From: Candidatus Terraquivivens tengchongensis
GTDB taxonomy: Archaea; Thermoproteota; Nitrososphaeria_A; Caldarchaeales; Wolframiiraptoraceae
Assembly (NCBI GenBank): GCA_023261845.1
Contig: JALNJZ010000004.1
Coordinates: forward strand, 69,693 to 133,692
Length of the DNA: 64,000 nucleotides
Reading direction: 5' to 3'
Below the pieces are notes generated by a model. It was not told where the DNA came from, ran no database searches, and saw nothing but the letters and a program-made list of their open reading frames with translations. The first letter of the stretch is position 1, and each line of letters begins with the position of its first letter. Below, piece after piece: positions 57,977 through 64,000 of the stretch. Position numbers and translations under genes: made by a program.

Positions 57977-58918
57977 TTACCTTAATTTTTTGAATGGTTT
58001 TGCCAAAGAGGCTGGGCCTTTTACCTTTCTACCAGCGACGAATAAAAGGACTATCGTGAATAGATAAGGTAGCATCAGAGCAAACTGATAAGGTAAAAAC
58101 GGTATGTTAAATGCTTGAATCCTCAGTTGAAGAGCATCGATAAAGCTGAAAAGGAAAGCTCCGCCAAGCAGTAGCAACGGATTCCATCTAGAGAGTATTA
58201 TTAACGCTATAGCTATGTAACCTCTACCTTGCGTCATGTTATCTAAAAACATATTGTAGTAACCTATCGAGAGTAGTGATCCAGCAATACCAGCGATGCA
58301 ACCTTCTAGAATAAGCAGGGCATAACGCGTCAGGTTTACGTTGATTCCGAGGTAGTCGGCTGTTTGCGGGTCCTCACCTATAGCTCTGATCTTCAAACCT
58401 TTTTCGGTTTTGAAAAGCAGCCACCAAGTTAAGAACACTAACACGAAAGCCGCGTAAGTATGTGGGAGATGGCTAAACAGAATCTTGCCGATTACCAGTA
58501 TCTGAGAGAGCACAGGTATCTCGATAGGTTGGAGCGTTGTTTGAATATGTGGAGGTATAGGACTGACGTACCAACCGAAGCTAGCCCTGTATAAGTAAGA
58601 AGTTATGCCTATTGTTAGTAGGTTGAGTGCCAAGCCGGTGACCATTTGGTCTAGCGCCAGAGTTATCGTCAATATGGCAAATAGAAGGCACAGGACTGCT
58701 CCAGCGATGCTCGCAAGCAACGTGGCATAGTATAGATCTCCTGTATAAAAAGCGACCATAAACGCCACGAACGCGCCCATCAACATAGTACCTTCAAGGC
58801 TAAGGTTCAGGATTCCGCTGCGTTCGACAAGTAGCTCTGCTAGCCCAGCCAGCAGAAGTGGTGTGAGCAGAGTTATGCTGGAGTAGAGTAAACCTAAAAT
58901 AACTTCGGCCGTTATCAT
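57977..58918 (-). CDS. ABC transporter permease
   Basis: Polytopic membrane protein. 4-bp overlap with the upstream permease gene. Confidence 0.7.
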   Translation of the reverse strand: MITAEVILGLLYSSITLLTPLLLAGLAELLVERSGILNLSLEGTMLMGAFVAFMVAFYTGDLYYATLLASIAGAVLCLLFAILTITLALDQMVTGLALNLLTIGITSYLYRASFGWYVSPIPPHIQTTLQPIEIPVLSQILVIGKILFSHLPHTYAAFVLVFLTWWLLFKTEKGLKIRAIGEDPQTADYLGINVNLTRYALLILEGCIAGIAGSLLSIGYYNMFLDNMTQGRGYIAIALIILSRWNPLLLLGGAFLFSFIDALQLRIQAFNIPFLPYQFALMLPYLFTIVLLFVAGRKVKGPASLAKPFKKLR

Positions 58919-59883
58919 AACTTCAACCTCTCCATTACCTTTTTGGACAGCTTATCTTCAACGAAGTAACCTGTCAAGATGAATATTATTATAAGGGCCT
59001 GAATTATGCCCGCCATGCCCACAGGTATCTGGGCCATCCTATGCATTGTCATGCTTCCGTTTATTATCCCACCTAAGAAAAAGGAGGTTAGGGCTATTAG
59101 CAACGGATTCAGATAACCGAGTAGGGCTACGGCTATTCCAGTGTAACCATAAGGCGAAGTTGTTGGAGAGAGCTCGAGCCTCATCTTGTGCTGTATTCCT
59201 AAAACCTCAAAACCTCCAGCTAGACCCGCTAAGAAGCCACTTATGAGCATGGCTTGGATTATTAGATGCGTGGTGTTTATGTTCGCGTACTCTGCAACCC
59301 TTGGACTCGAACCAAGTATATCCAGCTTGAGTCCGAACGCGCTCCTTTTCAGGAAGAAATAGGCTAGTGGAACGACAATGACAAAAGCCAATAAAACACC
59401 TACATGAATCCGAGTACCTTGTACAGCTATGGGCGCCCATAGCGCAGGGTTTATCGTTTCCGTCTCAGGAAACATCGAGACTGGGTCTCTGAACGGGCCG
59501 TGTAGAAGATAGCTGACTAGATATATGGCTACGTAGTTGAACATCAAAGTGGTGATTACCTCGTTTATACCATACGATGCCTTCAGGATAGCCGGTATGA
59601 GTGCCCAAATCGCTCCACCTAAACCTGCAATCAAAACAATGACCGGAAACGCTAAGGGCGCCGGAAGATCCTTAAACATTATGCCCATGATTGCCGTCAT
59701 CATGCCGCCAATGTAAAACTGTCCTTCCGCACCTATGTTCCATACCTTCGCCCTAAAAACCACCGCAAGCCCTATACTTATTAATAATAATGGTGTCGCC
59801 CTTACGAACGTCTCCGAGATTGCTGAAGGTGAAAAGGCGCCTTGAAAGAGCCAGTAATAAGCCTGTAGCGGGTCTTTACCCAT
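58915..59883 (-). CDS. ABC transporter permease
   Basis: Polytopic membrane protein. 322 aa. Confidence 0.7.
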   Translation of the reverse strand: MGKDPLQAYYWLFQGAFSPSAISETFVRATPLLLISIGLAVVFRAKVWNIGAEGQFYIGGMMTAIMGIMFKDLPAPLAFPVIVLIAGLGGAIWALIPAILKASYGINEVITTLMFNYVAIYLVSYLLHGPFRDPVSMFPETETINPALWAPIAVQGTRIHVGVLLAFVIVVPLAYFFLKRSAFGLKLDILGSSPRVAEYANINTTHLIIQAMLISGFLAGLAGGFEVLGIQHKMRLELSPTTSPYGYTGIAVALLGYLNPLLIALTSFFLGGIINGSMTMHRMAQIPVGMAGIIQALIIIFILTGYFVEDKLSKKVMERLKL

Positions 59884-59947
59884 GAAGAAGATTAAGACAG
59901 CACCAATAAAGAAAGCAAGACTAATGGTTAGTATGGCTAGTGCCGCT

Positions 59948-61570
59948 CTAATTAGCAGAAGTCGCTGCTCTAGCGTTATAGCCGGCTCCCTCCGCGGCCA
60001 GCATATAGGAGCCTATCAAAACGGGATCTGCCTCTTCTCTTTCAAAAATCCTCGTAAACTTACCATCGCTGATTACGGCTATCCTATCGCTAAGTTCCAG
60101 AATCTCGTTAAGGTCTGATGAGATGAGGAGTATTCCAACACCTTTCGATGCAAGTTCTGACAACGCCCTCCTTACGTAATAAGCCGATTTGGCATCTAAA
60201 CCTGCTGTCGGCTGTTCTGCTATCAGAATTTCCGATGATGTGATAATTTCACGGCCGACTATTATTTTTTGGATATTTCCGCCCGAAAGGTATTTCACTG
60301 GTGTCTTAAGGCTTGGTGTCTTCACATTCATGAAAGATACAACCTTTTTCGCGAACTCATTTATTCTACCAAAGTTTAGAGTATTGCCACGTTTTTTAAA
60401 TTCTTCCTTATCAAAGGATCTAAGGACACTATTTATCGCTACGCTAAGTGTTGGAGCTACGCCGAGCTCTACCCTTTCGGCAGGTATGTAGTTTAACCCA
60501 TCCAAGTTGTCATTTTTCCCTCTAAAAGTTATAATGCCTGAGGCTGGTTTTCTAAGGCCTACTATGGCCTCAACGAGTTCCTTTTGACCATTACCCTCGA
60601 CACCAGCTATTCCTAGAATCTCACCCATGTATAGTTCAAAGGATATGTCTTTTACTTTTGTCAGACCTTCATCATCGTTCACCACTAAATTTTTTACAAC
60701 CAACAAAGGCTCTTTATTGAATGAGGGTGCAACCTTTGTAGTTGTAGGCATAAGCCTTTCACCGACCATTAGCTCAACAAGACGTGATTCATCATCTATT
60801 TCGTCTGTTCTGAGGGTAGTTATGACACGACCCATCCTCATAACCGTTATCCTATCGCTGATGCGCATAGCTTCACGAATTTTATGCGTAATTAGAACTA
60901 TGCTGTATCCGTTAGATGAGAGGGACTTGAGCAACTGTAGAAACCTGTCAATTTCAGGACCGCAGAGCATTGACGTGGGTTCATCAAATATTAAGATTCT
61001 TGCCCTGCTCAGTAAGAGCCTAAGTATTTCTATTCTTTGTCTTTCACCTACTGATAGAGCATAGAGTGGTGAATCTAATTTTACTTTAAACCCGAGAATC
61101 TTCGAAAGCTCCTCAATCTCCGTTAGTGTATGCTTCATATTAAATTTTTGACCAATAAGTCCAAGTCTCAGGTTCTCTAATACAGTCATCGTTGGTATGA
61201 GTGTGAAGTGTTGATGGACCATACCTATGCCTTGCTTTAAGGCATCTAATGGTGAGTTGAATTTAACTTCTCTTCCTTCGACATATATAGAGCCACTAGT
61301 CGGCTTAAGACAGCCGCTCAATATTTTCATAAGCGTTGTCTTACCAGCTCCGTTCTCGCCCAACAAAGCATGAACCTCACCCTTTCTTAGATCAAAATCG
61401 ACCTCATAATTCGCCACTATACCTCCAGGGTAAACCTTCGTTATCTTTCTTAATTCGACTACGAGCATAAACCTCGCACCTACAAAAAAAGTTTGTGTGT
61501 TGTTACAGGCTAATTCACTTCCATCTTTCTGGGACCCAGTCTTCGTATATCGGGACAACAAACTTCCCAT
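59948..61570 (-). CDS. ABC transporter ATP-binding protein with duplicated ATPase domains
   Basis: Two Walker A motifs (GENGAGKTT; GVEGNGQKEL), signature LSGGNIQK/LSVGERQR. The likely true start is internal (about 61468), which avoids overlap with the binding-protein gene. Confidence 0.75.
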   Translation of the reverse strand: MGSLLSRYTKTGSQKDGSELACNNTQTFFVGARFMLVVELRKITKVYPGGIVANYEVDFDLRKGEVHALLGENGAGKTTLMKILSGCLKPTSGSIYVEGREVKFNSPLDALKQGIGMVHQHFTLIPTMTVLENLRLGLIGQKFNMKHTLTEIEELSKILGFKVKLDSPLYALSVGERQRIEILRLLLSRARILIFDEPTSMLCGPEIDRFLQLLKSLSSNGYSIVLITHKIREAMRISDRITVMRMGRVITTLRTDEIDDESRLVELMVGERLMPTTTKVAPSFNKEPLLVVKNLVVNDDEGLTKVKDISFELYMGEILGIAGVEGNGQKELVEAIVGLRKPASGIITFRGKNDNLDGLNYIPAERVELGVAPTLSVAINSVLRSFDKEEFKKRGNTLNFGRINEFAKKVVSFMNVKTPSLKTPVKYLSGGNIQKIIVGREIITSSEILIAEQPTAGLDAKSAYYVRRALSELASKGVGILLISSDLNEILELSDRIAVISDGKFTRIFEREEADPVLIGSYMLAAEGAGYNARAATSAN

Positions 61571-62639
61571 CTATTATTTGTTTTTCAAGATCTTCGACTA
61601 GTTTCAGCACATCTGGCGGAACTTTTGTCTTAAGCTCAGGGTTCCATACCAGCTTAGCCCACCCCTCTTTCATGCCCCAATTGTATATTCCACCTTCCCA
61701 TTTGCCCGCCCGCTTCATCTCTATAAGGTGCTTCACGAACGTTTTCAGATCCCACGTTACACTGGCTAAGACGACATCTGGTGCCAATCCAGATTGATCA
61801 ACGATGTTTCCGAAGCAATAGACGGTCTTACCCTCTTTCAGAGCTTCTCTGGCCGCTTCAAATGGACCGTATCTTTCAGCATATATGAAATCAGCACCAG
61901 CTTCGATTAATGCTTTTGCCGCTTCCTTTCCCTTTACAGGGTCAAACCAGCTTTCGATAAATACCGCCCTGATATTAACCCCTGGGTTTACTGATTTTGC
62001 ACCTGCTGCAAAAGCGTTGACCAGCCTATTGACGTCGGGTACGGCATACGCAGTAACTACTCCTATGACGTTTGTCTTTGTCATCTTACCAGCAGTCACA
62101 CCAGCCAAATACGCCGCATCCTGAATCCAATAGTCGTAAAGCACAACGTTGGGTGGATACTCTAAGCCTGTTGGACCCGAGCCTTGTGCAAAAGCTACAT
62201 TAGGAAATTCTTTCGCTATCTTTATGGTTACCTCATGGTATCCCCAGCTATGTGGAATTATTATATCATAACCTGCCGCTATGTATTCTCTGATAACCCT
62301 TTCAACGTCTGCTGTATCAACCTTCTCTGAATATACATACTCCACGTCTAAATTATTCACGGCCCACGTCATGGCTTCATGCATAACAGTATTCCATGGT
62401 TCTTCGATAGGCGTCACATAAATGACCGCAACCTTAATCTTCTTCACAGGGGTGGGCTGAGGCGCTACTCCTATGGACGAAAACGCATACCAGGCTACGA
62501 TACCTACGACTATTATAAGAGCCACGATCAATACCACAGCCATCTTTGATATGCCTCTCTTTACGTTGTCATGGATGGCACACATTTTTATCATGTATCC
62601 AGTAAAATTTTCCGAATATTTATCTATATTTTTACGCAT
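61515..62639 (-). CDS. BMP-family (PnrA-like) ABC substrate-binding lipoprotein
   Basis: TM/signal MAVVLIVALIIVVGIVAW, then a BMP-family periplasmic binding fold. The likely start is the internal Met near 62540. Confidence 0.65.
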   Translation of the reverse strand: MRKNIDKYSENFTGYMIKMCAIHDNVKRGISKMAVVLIVALIIVVGIVAWYAFSSIGVAPQPTPVKKIKVAVIYVTPIEEPWNTVMHEAMTWAVNNLDVEYVYSEKVDTADVERVIREYIAAGYDIIIPHSWGYHEVTIKIAKEFPNVAFAQGSGPTGLEYPPNVVLYDYWIQDAAYLAGVTAGKMTKTNVIGVVTAYAVPDVNRLVNAFAAGAKSVNPGVNIRAVFIESWFDPVKGKEAAKALIEAGADFIYAERYGPFEAAREALKEGKTVYCFGNIVDQSGLAPDVVLASVTWDLKTFVKHLIEMKRAGKWEGGIYNWGMKEGWAKLVWNPELKTKVPPDVLKLVEDLEKQIIDGKFVVPIYEDWVPERWK

Positions 62640-62856
62640 TTATGTAAATATTATACCAACATGGCAAAAAGTAAGGTCAAGCGCACTTTTATAGAGATAA
62701 AGTTAGCTAATCTAAGAATAATACAGCTTACTGTTTTGAACAATGAGTGTAAGTGGAATATCCATGAGCAACCTAACCTTTTTAATTTTTATTAAAGCTC
62801 GTGAAACATTCTCGCATTAAGATTTATAATTTCCCAAGATAAGAATAAGAAACGGA

Positions 62857-62977
62857 CCCGCGGTAGCTCAGCCTGGTAGAGCTTCCGGCTGTAGGGTCTG
62901 CCTTTGGCAGACCTCCCCAGCCTACCGGGCGCACAGAAACCGGAGTGTCGCAGGTTCAAATCCTGCCCGCGGGACCA
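62857..62977 (+). tRNA. tRNA-Tyr (anticodon GUA) with a 44-nt intron (62895..62938) and encoded CCA
   Basis: Hand-folded: C1-G72 acceptor CCCGCGG/CCGCGGG, D-arm GCTC/GAGC, anticodon stem TCCGG/CCGGA with loop CTGTAG|intron|A, T-arm GCAGG-TTCAAAT-CCTGC, then ACCA. Confidence 0.8.
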
Positions 62978-63110
62978 TCTTCAATTTTTTGCTTTCATGT
63001 AAAAAGTTCATTCGAAAGCTATCGTTTGACAGTTTTGAAGCCTATAACGAATGCAAGGTAAAGAATAGATATATAATATTAATTTTAGGATTTTTCACGA
63101 AAGACACGCC

Positions 63111-64000
63111 ATGTCCGATATCTCGCATGTAAAATTAAACGTTGAACTGCAACGGAGAAGGTCTTATGTCAAACCTATGAATGCGAGGATTGCAAAGCTT
63201 AGGGATGAGAGCGTTAATGCCGAGGTCAAGGTTTCTGCTGAGAGGGCAAAACTGGTGACAGAGTTCTATAAGAGCGGAGTTGCTAAGGGAAAATCCATTC
63301 CAGTTCAACGTGCTTTGATGTTTAAGTACTTAATGGAACATGTTAGCATCCCAGTTGAGGATGGTCAGCTTATTGTTGGTATAAGGGGAACAGGACCAAA
63401 AGAAGTTCCAACATATCCCGAAATATGTGTCCATACTATTAATGACCTGGAGACTCTAAGTTCGAGAAAAAATATGCCATACAAGGTTGATAAAGAGACC
63501 AAAGAACTTTATGAGCTTGAGATTATCCCGTTCTGGAAAGGTGCATCGATGAGAGACATCATATTCGAGCATCTCCCGAATGAGTGGAAAGATGCGTATG
63601 AGAGTGGAATATGGACTGAATTCATGGAACAAAGAGCACCAGGACATACTGCTGGGGGAGACAGAATATTCAAGATGGGGATTCTGGATATAAAGAAAGA
63701 GATCGGAAACAAGATTGAGGAGCTGAGTGTGAACGACCCAGAATATTTTGATAAATTGGAAGAGCTGAAAGCCATGGAAATTGTGGCGGACGCTATCGTG
63801 AGGTATGCGGAGCGATATGCTGAAAAGTTGGAAAAAATGGCAAAGGAGGAGGAAAACGAGCAAAGAAGAAAAGAACTGAGACAGATGGCGGAGATATGTC
63901 GCTGGGTTCCAGCCCATCCACCAAGAACGTTTTGGGAGGCCCTCCAGCACTATTGGTTCATTCATGTCGGCATAACTTATGAGACCAATCCATGGGATTC
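63111..64000 (+). CDS. glycyl radical enzyme (pyruvate formate-lyase family), N-terminal part; runs off the window
   Basis: ERAKLVTEFYKS...SIPVQRALMFKYLMEHVSIPVEDGQLIVG is the canonical PFL-family N-terminus. No stop before 64000. Alternative start at ATG 63177. Confidence 0.65.
   Translation, partial: MSDISHVKLNVELQRRRSYVKPMNARIAKLRDESVNAEVKVSAERAKLVTEFYKSGVAKGKSIPVQRALMFKYLMEHVSIPVEDGQLIVGIRGTGPKEVPTYPEICVHTINDLETLSSRKNMPYKVDKETKELYELEIIPFWKGASMRDIIFEHLPNEWKDAYESGIWTEFMEQRAPGHTAGGDRIFKMGILDIKKEIGNKIEELSVNDPEYFDKLEELKAMEIVADAIVRYAERYAEKLEKMAKEEENEQRRKELRQMAEICRWVPAHPPRTFWEALQHYWFIHVGITYETNPWD

Overview
This is an archaeal chromosomal segment, probably from an anaerobic TACK/Thermoproteota-like lineage. 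Evidence for archaeal origin: an archaeal replication cluster (GINS-MCM-Hel308), a PriS-type primase, two tRNA genes (tRNA-Tyr with an intron, tRNA-Leu without encoded CCA), and AT-rich TATA-type promoters. The window is mostly housekeeping and anaerobic metabolism. Recognisable genes include a Tat-exported fumarate-reductase-like flavoprotein pair flanking ApbE and an ATP-type PEP carboxykinase, beside a divergent b-type cytochrome; a B12-binding radical SAM enzyme; Trp-tRNA synthetase and methionine aminopeptidase; thymidylate kinase and a dual-specificity phosphatase; NikR and ArsR regulators; a tungsten aldehyde:ferredoxin oxidoreductase (AOR); a P-type cation ATPase; glutamine synthetase; an FprA flavodiiron protein; an MFS transporter; a BMP-family ABC transporter; and a PFL-like glycyl radical enzyme cut by the window end. 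Accessory content stands out in five places. (i) A decayed type I-A CRISPR-Cas interference cassette (csa5-cas7-cas5 plus an N-terminal fragment of cas3') ends at a deletion junction. Next to it are an IS6-family insertion sequence whose transposase carries an in-frame amber codon, an orphan Csx1 (CARF-HEPN, DxTHG motif) and a possible split wHTH/CARF regulator. I found no CRISPR array. (ii) A corrinoid methyltransferase operon: RACo-type activase, an MtaC-like corrinoid protein, an MttB-superfamily methyltransferase and MtaB. No methyl-acceptor genes lie in the window. (iii) Three KaiC-like ATPase paralogs, each translationally coupled to a different small partner; one partner is the PriS-like primase. 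(iv) A 3.5-kb segment bounded by a diverged duplicate of the 3' end of a ThiN-like gene, which looks like an old integrated element. (v) A roughly 48-bp palindromic element present twice, 30 kb apart. Three genes are interrupted by a single in-frame stop codon: the IS6 transposase, a beta-propeller surface protein, and a small secreted protein.
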